NCBI RefSeq assembly: GCF_047600445.1
Contig: NZ_JASGKT010000001.1
Coordinates: forward strand, 454,853 to 518,852
From: Piscinibacter sp.
GTDB taxonomy: Bacteria; Pseudomonadota; Gammaproteobacteria; Burkholderiales; Burkholderiaceae_C
Direction: 5' to 3'
DNA length: 64,000 nucleotides
Part shown: positions 10,645 through 19,894 of the stretch, piece after piece
Layout: each line of letters starts with the position of its first letter
Position numbering within the stretch: the first letter of the stretch is position 1
The notes under the pieces: model-generated
What the model saw: the letters and a program-made list of their open reading frames with translations, nothing else
What the model was told of the DNA's origin: nothing
Databases searched by the model: none
Program-made: the position numbers and the translations under genes

Positions 10645-12152
10645 GCCGCCAGCCGCGCCGCCAGCGCGGCGCAGCGGCGCGCCACGGTGGCCGGGTCGGC
10701 GTCGGTGTCCAGGCGCAGCGCGCCTTCGTCGGCGGCCGGGATCTCGACGATGCGCAACTGCAAACCCAGCACCTCCTGGTCGGCGTCCGAGGCGTCGCGG
10801 CCCTCGGCCGCGCGGCGCGCGATGCGCTCGCGCAGCACCGCCTCGGGCGCCACGCATTCGACGAGGCGGAACTCGGCGCCGTGCGCCTCGGCGAGCGCGC
10901 GCAGCGCGTCGCGTTCGTGGCGGCGCAGCGCGGCGGCGTCGACGACCACGTTCAGGCCCGCCTCCAGCAGCGTGCCCGCCAGGCGGCCCAGGCACGCGTA
11001 GGTGCGCCGCGTCATCGCGGCGGCGTAGAGCGCGCCGGCCTGCGCCGGCGTCGGCCGCGCCTCGGCGGCCAGCCCGGCCAGGCGTTTGCGTTCGACGTCG
11101 GAGCGCAGCCGCAGCGCGCCCAGCGCCTGCAGCAGTTCGAGCGCGACCGTGCTCTTGCCCGAGCCCGACAGCCCGACGGTCAGCAGCAGCAGCGGCCGCG
11201 CGCGGCGCGCCGCGGCGATCTCGCGCGCCACGCCGATGTCGCGCGCGCAGGCGGCTTCGTCGTTGCGCAGCGCCGCCACCTGGGCGCGCACCAGCGCGCG
11301 GTAGACGGCGAAGAAGGGCAACAGCGCCAGGCCCTCGTGGTCGCCGCCGCGCTCGGCGTAGGCGCTGGCGAAGCGCCAGGCGAGCGATGGCAGGCCGTGG
11401 CGCCACAGGTCCATGAAGACGAAGGCGGCGTCGGCCATCGTGTCGGCGTGGCGCAGCGCCGGGTTGAATTCGATCGCGTCGAAGGGCACCGGCCGACCAT
11501 CCAGCATCACGATGTTGGCCAGGTGCAGGTCGCCGTGGCCCTCGCGCACGCGGCCCTGGGCGCGGCGCAGCGCGAGCCGCGGCGCGATGCGCTCGAACTC
11601 GCGTTCGCTCCAGCCGTGCAGCTCGCGCAGGCCGCGTGTGTCGCCGAGCGCAGCGAAGTTAGCGCGCGCCCAGCGCAGCACGTCCTCGGGCTCGCCCCAG
11701 GCGGCCGGCGAGGCGGGCAGCGCCGCGTGGAAATCGGCCACCTCGCGCGCCAGCGCATCGACCTCGGCCGCGCCCAGCGCGCCGCGCGCGGCCAGGCGGG
11801 CCAGCAGCAGGTCGTCGTCGAAACGGCGCATGCGCAGCAGCCAGTCGATCGCGCCGGATGCATCGCCGGGCGTGCCGACGCGCGGCGCGGCGAGGCTGCC
11901 CTGCACCGGCCGCACGTCGAGGTAGAGCTCCGGCGCGGTGCGCCGGTTCAGGCGCAGCTCTTCCTCGCAGTCGCGGCGCCGCGCCGCCGGCGTCGAGAAG
12001 TCGAGGAAGGGCAGGCGCAGCGGCTTGCGCAGCTTGTAGGCGAAGTCGCCGGCCAGCAGCAGCGTCGAGATGTGCGTCTCGATCGTGCGCGTGCCGGGGC
12101 CGAGCGCCGCGCCCAGCGCGGCGGCCAGCGTGCGGTGCTCGGCCGGCGTCAC
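10638..12152 (-). CDS. Bifunctional phosphotransferase-like (APH/choline-kinase fold) / P-loop kinase (AAA_33-like) protein
   Basis: 504 aa from a GTG start. The N-terminal half has HGDLHLANIV (an APH-type catalytic loop). The C-terminal half has the Walker A motif GLSGSGKST. The GTG overlaps the RND stop codon (GTGA). Confidence 0.8.
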   Translation of the reverse strand: MTPAEHRTLAAALGAALGPGTRTIETHISTLLLAGDFAYKLRKPLRLPFLDFSTPAARRRDCEEELRLNRRTAPELYLDVRPVQGSLAAPRVGTPGDASGAIDWLLRMRRFDDDLLLARLAARGALGAAEVDALAREVADFHAALPASPAAWGEPEDVLRWARANFAALGDTRGLRELHGWSEREFERIAPRLALRRAQGRVREGHGDLHLANIVMLDGRPVPFDAIEFNPALRHADTMADAAFVFMDLWRHGLPSLAWRFASAYAERGGDHEGLALLPFFAVYRALVRAQVAALRNDEAACARDIGVAREIAAARRARPLLLLTVGLSGSGKSTVALELLQALGALRLRSDVERKRLAGLAAEARPTPAQAGALYAAAMTRRTYACLGRLAGTLLEAGLNVVVDAAALRRHERDALRALAEAHGAEFRLVECVAPEAVLRERIARRAAEGRDASDADQEVLGLQLRIVEIPAADEGALRLDTDADPATVARRCAALAARLAAQ

Positions 12153-15100
12153 GTCGGCTGCGCCGGCGCCGCGCCGGCGGCGTGGCCGCGCCGGTGCGCG
12201 TGCCGGGCGAACCACTGCACGAGGTCGTCGACGAAGGTGAACACCACCGGGATCACCAGCAGGCTCAGGAAGGTGCTGGTGATCAGCCCGCCGATCACGA
12301 CGATGGCCATCGGCGCGCGGAAGCTCGGGTCCACGCCCAGGCCGAGCGCGATCGGCATCATGCCGGCGCCCATCGCGATGGTGGTCATCACGATGGGCCG
12401 CGCGCGCTTGCGGCAGGCGTCGAGCAGCGCGTCCCAGCGGGCGAGGCCGTGCTCGCGGCGCGCCAGCACCACGTAGTCGATCAGCAGGATGGAGTTCTTG
12501 GTCGCGATGCCCATCAGCATGATCAGGCCGATCATCGAGGGCATGGACAGCGAGGACTGCGTGATGAACAGCGCCAGGAACGCGCCCGGCACCGACAGCA
12601 CCAGCGCGGCCAGGATGGTGGCCGGCTGCACGAAGTCCTTCAGCAGCAGCACCAGCACGACGTAGATGCACAGCACGCCGGTGATCATCGCCAGGCCGAA
12701 GCTCTCGAACAGCTCGCCCATCGCCTCGGCGTCGCCCACCGAGGTCTGGATCACGCCGGGCGGCAGGTTCTTCAGCGAGGGCAGCGCCAGCGCGGCCTTC
12801 TCGACCTCGCCGAGCGGCTGGCCGTTCAGCTCGATCTCGAAGTTGACGTTGCGCAGCCGGTCGTAGCGCGCGATCTCGGTCGGGCCGGAATCGATCGCCA
12901 GCGTCGCGACGTTGCCCAGCGGCACCGGCCCGCGCGCGCCGGGCACCGGCAGGCGCGACAGCAGCGCGAGGTCGGCGCGCGCGTCGTCGGCGAGCTTCAC
13001 CACCACCGGCACCTGGCGTTCGCTGAGGTTCAGCTTCGGCAGGCCCTGGTCGTAGTCGCCGTTGGTGGCGATGCGCAGCGTGTCGGCGATGGCCTGCGAG
13101 GTGACGCCCAGGTCGGCGGCGCGCGCGAAGTCGGGCCGCACGATCAGCTCGGGCCGCACCAGGCTGGCGCTCGAGGTCACCGCGCCTATGCCGGGGATGC
13201 CGCGCAGCTCGCGCTCGACCTGCGCGGCGTGCGCGCTCAGCACGCGGCCGTCCTCGCCGGCCAGCACCAGCACGTACTTCTCGCTGGAGGCGCCCAGGCC
13301 GACCTTGACGCGCGCGCCCGGCAGCACCTCGAGCGCGTCGCGCAACTGCGCCTCGATGGCCTGCTTGGACAGGCCGCGGCGCGCGTCGCGGTGCGTCATG
13401 TTGATCGTCAGCACCGCGCGGCGCACCTCGGCGAGCGTGGGCGCGAACGGGTCGGAGCCGGCCGCGCCGCCGCCGATCGCGGTGTAGACCAGCTTGACGT
13501 GCTCGTTCTTCTGCACCAGCGCGCGCGCCTGCTCGGCGGCGGCGGTGGTCTCGGCCAGCGTGCTGCCCGGCGGCAGCGTCAGCGTCACCTGGGTCTGCGA
13601 GAGGTCGTCGGGCGGGATGAAGCCGGTGGGCAGCAGCGGCACCAGCGCGAAGCTGCCGACGAAGAACGCCGCGGCGGCCAGCAGCGTCCAGAAGCGGTGC
13701 TTCAGGCACCAGCGCGCCCAGCCGAGGTAGACGTCCAGCCAGCGCGCCGGCTTCTCCACGTGCTTGGGCGAGCGCAGGATGTAGGCCGCCATCATCGGCG
13801 TCAGCATGCGCGCCACCACCAGCGAGAAGAACACCGCGATCGCCGCCGTCCAGCCGAACTGCACGAAGAAGCGGCCGGCGATGCCGCTCATGAAGGCGGT
13901 GGGCAGGAACACCGCGATCAGCGTGAAGGTGGTGGCGATCACCGCCAGGCCGATCTCGTCGGCGGCCTCCATCGCGGCCTGGTACGGCGTCTTGCCCATG
14001 CGCAGGTGGCGCATGATGTTCTCGATCTCGACGATCGCGTCGTCGACCAGGATGCCGACCACCAGCGACAGGCTCAGCAGCGTCACCGTGTTGACCGTGA
14101 AGCCCATCAGGTGCATCACGAAGAAGGTCGGGATCGCCGACAGCGGCAGCGCCACCGCCGAGACGAAGGTGGCGCGCCAGTCGCGCAGGAACAGCCACAC
14201 CACCAGCACCGCCAGCGCCGCGCCCTCGTAGAGCAGCTTCATCGAGCCGTCGTAGTTCTCCTGCACCGGATCGACGAAGTTGAAGGCCTCGGTGATGGCG
14301 ATGTCGGGGTGCTCGGCCTTGAGCTTGGCCAGCGCGGCGCGCACGCCGTCGGTGACCTCGATCTCGCCGGCGCCGCGCGAGCGCACGATCTCGAAGCCGA
14401 CCACCGGCTTGCCGTCCAGCAGCGCCGCCGAGCGCGGCTCGGCCACGGTGTCGTGCACGCGCGCCACCTGGTCGAGGCGGATGCGGCGCCCGTCGGCCAG
14501 CGCCACCTCCATGCGCGCCAGCTCCTCGGCCGACTGCACGGTGGCGATGGTGCGCACCGACTGCTCTGCGCCGCCCAGGTCGGCGCGGCCGCCCGAGGCC
14601 TCCTGCTGCACCTGGCGGAGCTGGCGCGAGATGTCGGCGGCGGTGGCGTTGAGCGCCAGCAGCCGCGCCGGGTCCAGCTCGACGCGCACCTCGCGCGCGA
14701 CGCCGCCGACGCGCGACACCGCGCCGACGCCGGGCACCGCCAGCATCGCCTTGGCGACCTGGTTGTCGACGAACCACGACAGCGCCTCGTCGTCCATCTT
14801 CTGCGAGGCCACCGTGTAGGTGAGGATGGGCGTGCCGGCGAGGTCGACCTTCTTGATCACCGGGTCGCGCAGGTCGGACGGCAGGTCGGAGCGCACGCGC
14901 GAGACGGCGTCGCGCACGTCGTCCACCGCTTCCTGCGTGGGCTTCTCGAGGCGGAACTCGGCGGTGATCGTGACGGTGCCGTCGGTCAGGCTGGTGTACA
15001 GGTGCTTGAGGCCCTGCACCGTGGCCAGCGAGTTCTCGATCTTGCGCGCCACCTCGGTTTCGAGCTGCCCCGGCGAGGCGCCGGGCAGCGCGGCGACGAT

Positions 15101-15244
15101 GTTGACCATCGGCAGGTCGATGTCGGGGAAGTTCTGCACCTTCATCGCCCGGAAGCCGACCAGCCCGGCCAGCGTGAGCATCAGGAACAGCAGGATGGAC
15201 GGCGTCGGGTTGCGGATCGACCAGGCGGAGACGTTGATGGCCAT
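12149..15244 (-). CDS. RND efflux permease (HAE-type, AcrB/MexB superfamily)
   Basis: 1031 aa, MAINVSAWSIRNPTP.... The TM4 motif GILVDDAIVEIENI and the 12-TM, two-loop architecture are recognisable throughout. Confidence 0.95.
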   Translation of the reverse strand: MAINVSAWSIRNPTPSILLFLMLTLAGLVGFRAMKVQNFPDIDLPMVNIVAALPGASPGQLETEVARKIENSLATVQGLKHLYTSLTDGTVTITAEFRLEKPTQEAVDDVRDAVSRVRSDLPSDLRDPVIKKVDLAGTPILTYTVASQKMDDEALSWFVDNQVAKAMLAVPGVGAVSRVGGVAREVRVELDPARLLALNATAADISRQLRQVQQEASGGRADLGGAEQSVRTIATVQSAEELARMEVALADGRRIRLDQVARVHDTVAEPRSAALLDGKPVVGFEIVRSRGAGEIEVTDGVRAALAKLKAEHPDIAITEAFNFVDPVQENYDGSMKLLYEGAALAVLVVWLFLRDWRATFVSAVALPLSAIPTFFVMHLMGFTVNTVTLLSLSLVVGILVDDAIVEIENIMRHLRMGKTPYQAAMEAADEIGLAVIATTFTLIAVFLPTAFMSGIAGRFFVQFGWTAAIAVFFSLVVARMLTPMMAAYILRSPKHVEKPARWLDVYLGWARWCLKHRFWTLLAAAAFFVGSFALVPLLPTGFIPPDDLSQTQVTLTLPPGSTLAETTAAAEQARALVQKNEHVKLVYTAIGGGAAGSDPFAPTLAEVRRAVLTINMTHRDARRGLSKQAIEAQLRDALEVLPGARVKVGLGASSEKYVLVLAGEDGRVLSAHAAQVERELRGIPGIGAVTSSASLVRPELIVRPDFARAADLGVTSQAIADTLRIATNGDYDQGLPKLNLSERQVPVVVKLADDARADLALLSRLPVPGARGPVPLGNVATLAIDSGPTEIARYDRLRNVNFEIELNGQPLGEVEKAALALPSLKNLPPGVIQTSVGDAEAMGELFESFGLAMITGVLCIYVVLVLLLKDFVQPATILAALVLSVPGAFLALFITQSSLSMPSMIGLIMLMGIATKNSILLIDYVVLARREHGLARWDALLDACRKRARPIVMTTIAMGAGMMPIALGLGVDPSFRAPMAIVVIGGLITSTFLSLLVIPVVFTFVDDLVQWFARHAHRRGHAAGAAPAQPT

Positions 15245-15255
15245 GCCCGCGCTCC

Positions 15256-16395
15256 TTATTTGGCCGCCGGCGCCGACGCCGCGGAAGGTGCGGCGGGCGC
15301 CGCGTCGACCACGCGCACCAGGTCGCCGTCGCCGAGGAAGCCGGCGCCGGCGGCGACCACCCGCGCGTTGCGGTCGACCCCGCCGGTGATCTCGACGCGG
15401 TCGGCCCAGCGCCGGCCGGTGCTCACCTTCACCTGCTGCACCTTCGAGTCGGGGCCGACGCGCAGCACGTAGCTGAAGCCGTCGCGCAGCAGCACCGCGC
15501 CCTGCGGCAGCGACAGGCCCTGCGCCTGGCCGATCTCGAACTCGCCGCGCGCGAACATGCCGGCGCGCGCCGCGCCGGGCTGCGGCAGGTCGACGTAGAC
15601 GATGCCGTTGCGCGTGGCCGCGTCGACGGTCGGCGCGACCATGCGCAGCCGGCCGGCGATGGCCGTGCCGCCGGCCGGCGTGACCGTCGCGGCGACACCC
15701 GGCTTGAGCTGCGCCAGGTCGGCGGCGGCCACCTCGGCGCGCCATTCGAGGCGCCCGCCGCGGATCAGGCGGAACAGCTCCTGCCCGGCCGGCAGCACCG
15801 CGCCGACGGTGGCGCTGCGCGCCGAGATCACGCCGTTGTCGGGCGCCAGCACCTGCGTCTGCGCCAGGCGCAGTTGCTGGGTCTTCGCGGCGGCGCGCTG
15901 CGCTTCCAGGCGCGCCTGCGCGGTGCGCTCGGCGGTCAGGTACTGGTTGATCTGCTGCGCCGACAGCGCGCCGGTGGCCTGCAGCTCGCGCGCGCGCTGC
16001 GCGTTGGCGCCGGCCTCGGCGAGCGTGGCCTCGGCCTCGGCGACGGCGGCGCGCGTCTGCGCCAGCTCGGCGGCGATGGTGTCGGGCGCGAAGGTGGCGA
16101 GCGCCTGGCCGCGCTTGACCACGTCGCCGACGTTGACCCGCACCTCGGCCAGGCGCAGCCCGTTCGCCTCGGTGCCTATGCTGGCCTCCTGCCACGCGGC
16201 GATGTTGCCGTTGGCGGCGATCTTCAGCGGCACGCTGGCCGGCTGCGGGCTGGTGACGGTGACGGTCAGCGCCGGCTTGGCCGGCGCCGCGGCGGCGGGC
16301 GCGTCGGCGGCGTGCACGACGACGGTGATCGCCAGGGCGGCCAGCGCGACGGCGAGCGGCGCGGCGGCGAACAGGAGTCGGTGGGAGGCGGGCAT
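15256..16395 (-). CDS. RND efflux periplasmic adaptor (membrane fusion protein)
   Basis: 379 aa with a signal peptide, a coiled-coil hairpin (AELAQTRAAVAEAEATL...RLEAQRAAAKTQQLRLAQT), and lipoyl and beta-barrel regions. Confidence 0.9.
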   Translation of the reverse strand: MPASHRLLFAAAPLAVALAALAITVVVHAADAPAAAAPAKPALTVTVTSPQPASVPLKIAANGNIAAWQEASIGTEANGLRLAEVRVNVGDVVKRGQALATFAPDTIAAELAQTRAAVAEAEATLAEAGANAQRARELQATGALSAQQINQYLTAERTAQARLEAQRAAAKTQQLRLAQTQVLAPDNGVISARSATVGAVLPAGQELFRLIRGGRLEWRAEVAAADLAQLKPGVAATVTPAGGTAIAGRLRMVAPTVDAATRNGIVYVDLPQPGAARAGMFARGEFEIGQAQGLSLPQGAVLLRDGFSYVLRVGPDSKVQQVKVSTGRRWADRVEITGGVDRNARVVAAGAGFLGDGDLVRVVDAAPAAPSAASAPAAK

Positions 16396-16417
16396 GGCGT
16401 TCTTCTCGGTGTTGGGT

Positions 16418-17857
16418 TCAGCGGCGGGGGGTGTCGGCGGCGGCGGCCAGCGCGTCGGCGCTCCAGCCCCCGCCGAGCGAGCGGTACAGCGAGATCCACG
16501 CGGCGACGCGCTCGCGCTGCAGCTCGATCAGCGCGGACTGCGCGGCCACGGCGCTGCGGCGCGCGTCTTCCAGTTCGAACAGGCTGGCCAGCCCGCCGCG
16601 GTAGCGCGCCTCGACGGCGCGCAGGCTGCGTTCGTAGCCCTCGGCGGCGTTGCGCGCGTCCTCGCCGCGCGCGGCCGTGCTGGCCAGCGCCACCAGCGCC
16701 TCCTCGACCTCGCGCACCGCGCCGCGCAGGCGGGCGGCGTAGCGCGTGGCGGCGGCGTCGTAGGCGGCCTGCGCGGCGCGCACGTTGGCGCGCCGCACGC
16801 CGCCGTCGAACAGCGGCAGGCTGACGCTGACCGGCCCGATGCTCCACAGCGTGCCGCTGGCGCTGGCGCCGCCGCTCTCGAAGCGCGACGGGCCGATGCT
16901 GCCGGCCAGCGTGACGCGCGGATAACGCTGGGCGCGCGCCTGCGCGGTGTCGGCGGCGGCGGCGGCCAGCTCGCGCTCGGCGGCGGCCACGTCGGGCCGC
17001 TGCGCCAGCGCCTGCGCCGGCACCGCGGCGACGCCGAGCTGCGCCGGCCGGGGCAGGCTGGCGCGGCGTGCGGCCAGTTGCTCGCGCAAGGACGCTTCGG
17101 GCAAGGCGGTGAGCGCCACCAGCGCCTTGACGGCCAGCTCGCAACTGGCGCGCTGCTGCGTCAGCGTGGCGTTGCCCTGGGCGGCGCTGGCGCGCGCCAG
17201 CTCGGCGCTGGCCGGCGCCTCGAAGCCGGCCTTGGCGGCCAGCTCGGTCAGCCGCGCGGTCTCGGCGCGTGAAGCGGCGTCCAGCTCGCGCTGCGCGAGC
17301 TGCGCTTCGCAGGCGCGCAAGGCCAGGTAGGCCGAGCCGGTTTCGGCGGCCACCGAAATGCGCGCGTCGTGCCACTGCGCCTGGCTGCCTTCGAGGCGCG
17401 CCTGGGCGGCGTCGCGGCTGGCGCGGTTGGCGCCGAACAGGTCGATCTCCCAGCCGGCCTGCAGGCTCGCGCCCAGCGAGGTGCCGACCGGCGTGGCGAG
17501 GTCGAGCCGGCCGCGCGTGGCGTTGGCGCCGGCGTTCAGGGTCGGACCCAGCGCTGCGCCGGCGCCGGTGCGCGCGGCGCTCGCCTGCTCGATGCGGGCG
17601 CGCGCGTCGGCCAGCGTCGGGCTGGCGGCCTGGGCGGCGTCTATCAACTGCGTCAGCAGCGGGTCGTCGAACTGTTGCCACCAGTCGCGCAGGGCAACGG
17701 CGGGGTCGGCGCCGGCCGGCAGCGCCGCCTGCCATTGCGCCGCCGGCGCGGCGGCCGTGGCCGGCGCCGGGGCGGGGTCGATGCTGGCGCAGGCGGCCAG
17801 CGCGAGCGCGGCCAGCGCCAGCGGCGCGCGGCGCGGGGAAAGCGGGTGTCGCGGCAT
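16418..17857 (-). CDS. Efflux outer-membrane factor lipoprotein (NodT/OprM family)
   Basis: 479 aa from the internal Met, with the lipobox LALAACAS. WW..F.D..L..LI, the repeated coiled-coil halves, and ...LYRSLGGGW are typical of this family. Confidence 0.9.
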   Translation of the reverse strand: MPRHPLSPRRAPLALAALALAACASIDPAPAPATAAAPAAQWQAALPAGADPAVALRDWWQQFDDPLLTQLIDAAQAASPTLADARARIEQASAARTGAGAALGPTLNAGANATRGRLDLATPVGTSLGASLQAGWEIDLFGANRASRDAAQARLEGSQAQWHDARISVAAETGSAYLALRACEAQLAQRELDAASRAETARLTELAAKAGFEAPASAELARASAAQGNATLTQQRASCELAVKALVALTALPEASLREQLAARRASLPRPAQLGVAAVPAQALAQRPDVAAAERELAAAAADTAQARAQRYPRVTLAGSIGPSRFESGGASASGTLWSIGPVSVSLPLFDGGVRRANVRAAQAAYDAAATRYAARLRGAVREVEEALVALASTAARGEDARNAAEGYERSLRAVEARYRGGLASLFELEDARRSAVAAQSALIELQRERVAAWISLYRSLGGGWSADALAAAADTPRR

Positions 17858-17877
17858 GGGCTTGTTTCTCCCTGGTG

Positions 17878-18567
17878 TCACGGCTGGCGGGCCGAGGCGC
17901 GCCGGCGCACTTCCGACGCGACCATCGCCTCGGCGTACATCACCAGCGCGTCCAGCCAGCGGTCGAGCGCGTCGGCGCCTTCGTTCAGCGCCGGGGCGAG
18001 CGCGTCGGTGACGTCGCGGGCAACGTGCAGGTGCACGCCCAGCGCCGCCACGCAGACGGCCAGGCGCTCGATGTGCTCGTCCGGCGCGGCCGCGCCGACG
18101 TGCCGGCACAGCACGCGCAGCAGCGCCTCGTGCATCGGGCGGATGCCGTGCTCGATCTCCTCGCCCCACAGCCCGTTGGGTTCGAGCATCTCGCGCATGT
18201 GCAGCTTCATGCACAAGGTGGTCAGCTCGCCCTGCTTGAGCGGCTCCAGGAAGCCCAGGTACAGGCCGCGCAGCGCTTCGCGCAGGCTCAGCGCCTCGCC
18301 GCCGAAGCGGCGGATGTCGTCCTCCGGCTTGGACTGCATCTCGAAGAACACCGCGCGGTACAGCCCGGCCTTGTCGCCGAAGTAGTACTTGATGGCCGCG
18401 AGGTTGGCGCCGGCGGCCTCGGCGATCTCGCGCGTCGAGGTGGTGGCGAAACCCTGGTGGGCGAACAGGTTGAGCGCGGCGTGCAGCAGCCGCTCGCGCG
18501 CCGCCTCGCCGTCGCCGCGGCCGGGTCGCGCCGGCCGCGGCGCGGCCGCGATATTGATATCGGTCAT
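17878..18567 (-). CDS. TetR/AcrR family transcriptional repressor
   Basis: Start taken at MTDINI. The HTH RERLLHAALNLFAHQGFATTSTREIAEAAGANLAAIKYYFGDK is canonical TetR_N. It heads the tetR-OMF-MFP-RND-kinase gene string. Confidence 0.9.
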   Translation of the reverse strand: MTDINIAAAPRPARPGRGDGEAARERLLHAALNLFAHQGFATTSTREIAEAAGANLAAIKYYFGDKAGLYRAVFFEMQSKPEDDIRRFGGEALSLREALRGLYLGFLEPLKQGELTTLCMKLHMREMLEPNGLWGEEIEHGIRPMHEALLRVLCRHVGAAAPDEHIERLAVCVAALGVHLHVARDVTDALAPALNEGADALDRWLDALVMYAEAMVASEVRRRASARQP

Positions 18568-18588
18568 GGGCGGAGATGGTACTCCGCA

Positions 18589-18604
18589 AATCAAACGTTT
18601 GATT
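18589..18604. promoter_or_regulatory. Perfect 16-bp palindrome AATCAAACGTTTGATT (candidate TetR operator)
   Basis: Lies 22 nt upstream of the tetR start, in an unusually A+T-rich intergenic region. Confidence 0.55.
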
Positions 18605-18619
18605 GAAATGGATTGGTAT

Positions 18620-18653
18620 AATGAAAATTAATCAGTGTGAGCACCGGCTCACA
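18620..18653 (-). terminator. Candidate intrinsic terminator of the 362-aa orphan gene
   Basis: On the minus strand, TGTGAGC-cggt-GCTCACA overlaps the stop codon and is followed by ACTGATTAATTTTCATT. Confidence 0.5.
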
Positions 18654-19737
18654 TCAAAGGCAGCGTCGCCTGGTGCGGCATGGCAAACGGCCGCCGCGCC
18701 ACCACCGCATGCGGCACGTAGCCGCGCGAATCGAGGTTCCAGCCCTCGGTGGCCTGGGCGGTGCCGATCTGCTCGATGCGCTGCGTCGCCAGCCCCTTGG
18801 CGGCGGCGCGCGCCAGCAGCGCTTCGCACTGCGCCGGCGTCAGCAGCCGGGCGAAGGCGCGCCAGCGCTTCATCACCAGCGGATTGCGCCAGGCGTCTTC
18901 GACCGCCCAGCGGGCGCGCTGCGGCTCGTCGCAGCGGCCGGCCTCCAGCACGCGCGGCAGCAGCGCGTGGAAGAACATCTGGAAGGCGCGCCGCGCCGGC
19001 TTGCCGGGCAGCAGCACCTCGAAGCGCGCGATGCGCTGGCTCCAGCCCGCCGTGAGCAACTGGCGGCTCACGAAGGCCTGCACCGCCTGCACCGGGTTGA
19101 ACAGGCGCAGGCGGTTCGGCGGCAGCACCAGCAGCGGCAGCGCACTCGCCTCCTCGTGCGACAGCGGCTCGACGAAGCTGCACAGCACCGCGACGCGCGC
19201 CCACTGCGCCACCGTCAGCCCGCCGCCCGCGCCGGCGCGGGCGGTTTCCAGGTCGCGCACGATGCGCAGCGCGTCGCGGAAGCCGTGCGCCGCCTTGGCG
19301 TGGTTGGCCTGGGTGGACATCATCACGAGGTTGCCGGCGGCGTAGCCGGCGTCGTTGCGCACGCGGTCGACCGAGGCGTCGCTGCCTTGCAGCGTGGCGG
19401 CCGACAGCGCGATGCGCGTCACCGGGCAGTGGCTGGCCTCGATCTGCCGCAGGTGGCTGGGCGTGACCTGCATCAGCTCGACGCTGCGCCCGCGCAGCCA
19501 GGCGTGCAGCCGCAGTTGCAGCCACTTGCGCACGTGGCGCGTCGGCATCAGCGTGCGCGTGCCGAAGGTGGCCGCGCCGGCGCGCAGGCCGTCGCGCAGG
19601 CTGGAGGCCTCGTCGGCGTACGGCGCCGGCGGCTGCACGCCGTGGTGGGCGTAGTCCCAGCCCAGCTCGAAGCCGATGCGGTCGAGCGCGGTCAGCGTGG
19701 TGGCGGGGCAGGTGTCGTGGGTGAAGGTGGTGGTCAT
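18649..19737 (-). CDS. Hypothetical 362-aa protein with a degenerate HNH-like (beta-beta-alpha-Me) motif
   Basis: Normal amino-acid composition, unlike the overlapping shadow ORFs, and its own terminator. Residues about 103-148 read HCPVTRIAL-x11-SVDRVRNDAGYAAGNLVMMSTQANHAK. The rest is unassignable. Confidence 0.65.
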   Translation of the reverse strand: MTTTFTHDTCPATTLTALDRIGFELGWDYAHHGVQPPAPYADEASSLRDGLRAGAATFGTRTLMPTRHVRKWLQLRLHAWLRGRSVELMQVTPSHLRQIEASHCPVTRIALSAATLQGSDASVDRVRNDAGYAAGNLVMMSTQANHAKAAHGFRDALRIVRDLETARAGAGGGLTVAQWARVAVLCSFVEPLSHEEASALPLLVLPPNRLRLFNPVQAVQAFVSRQLLTAGWSQRIARFEVLLPGKPARRAFQMFFHALLPRVLEAGRCDEPQRARWAVEDAWRNPLVMKRWRAFARLLTPAQCEALLARAAAKGLATQRIEQIGTAQATEGWNLDSRGYVPHAVVARRPFAMPHQATLPLM

Positions 19738-19797
19738 GGTCGGGTTCCCGGTGGGCGCCGCGGGCCGCGGCAGGCCAATGCAGTGTTACGGCCGGGT

Positions 19798-19814
19798 GGC
19801 TCAGGGGATGAGCC
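19798..19814. promoter_or_regulatory. Palindrome GGCTCA-gggga-TGAGCC in the divergent promoter region
   Basis: Perfect 6-bp arms. It shares its arms with the site at 19854-19870. Confidence 0.45.
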
Positions 19815-19853
19815 AGCGGCGCCGCGCGAAGCCGGGGTAAGCTCGCCCGGGCA

Positions 19854-19870
19854 GGCTCACGCCGTGAGCC
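19854..19870. promoter_or_regulatory. Palindrome GGCTCAC-gcc-GTGAGCC in the divergent promoter region
   Basis: Perfect 7-bp arms, 25 nt upstream of the WYL-regulator ATG. Centre-to-centre distance to the first palindrome is 56 bp. Confidence 0.45.
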
Positions 19871-19894
19871 ACCGGCAGGATCCGAGCACGACCG

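Noticed and set aside
10638-16195. Giant ORFs 10638..14777 (1379 aa) and 12149..16195 (1348 aa), 11858..15472 +, 10881..12476 +
   Set aside because: The giant ORFs are real genes (kinase, RND permease) fused in silico to Arg-rich upstream read-through in the same frame. Plausible starts with family-typical N-termini were used instead. The plus-strand ORFs are antisense shadows.
18636-18653. TGTGA-N8-TCACA as a possible second CRP-type site
   Set aside because: The spacer is 8 nt, not 6. The element overlaps a stop codon and is followed by a T-rich tract on the minus strand. It is better explained as an intrinsic terminator hairpin.
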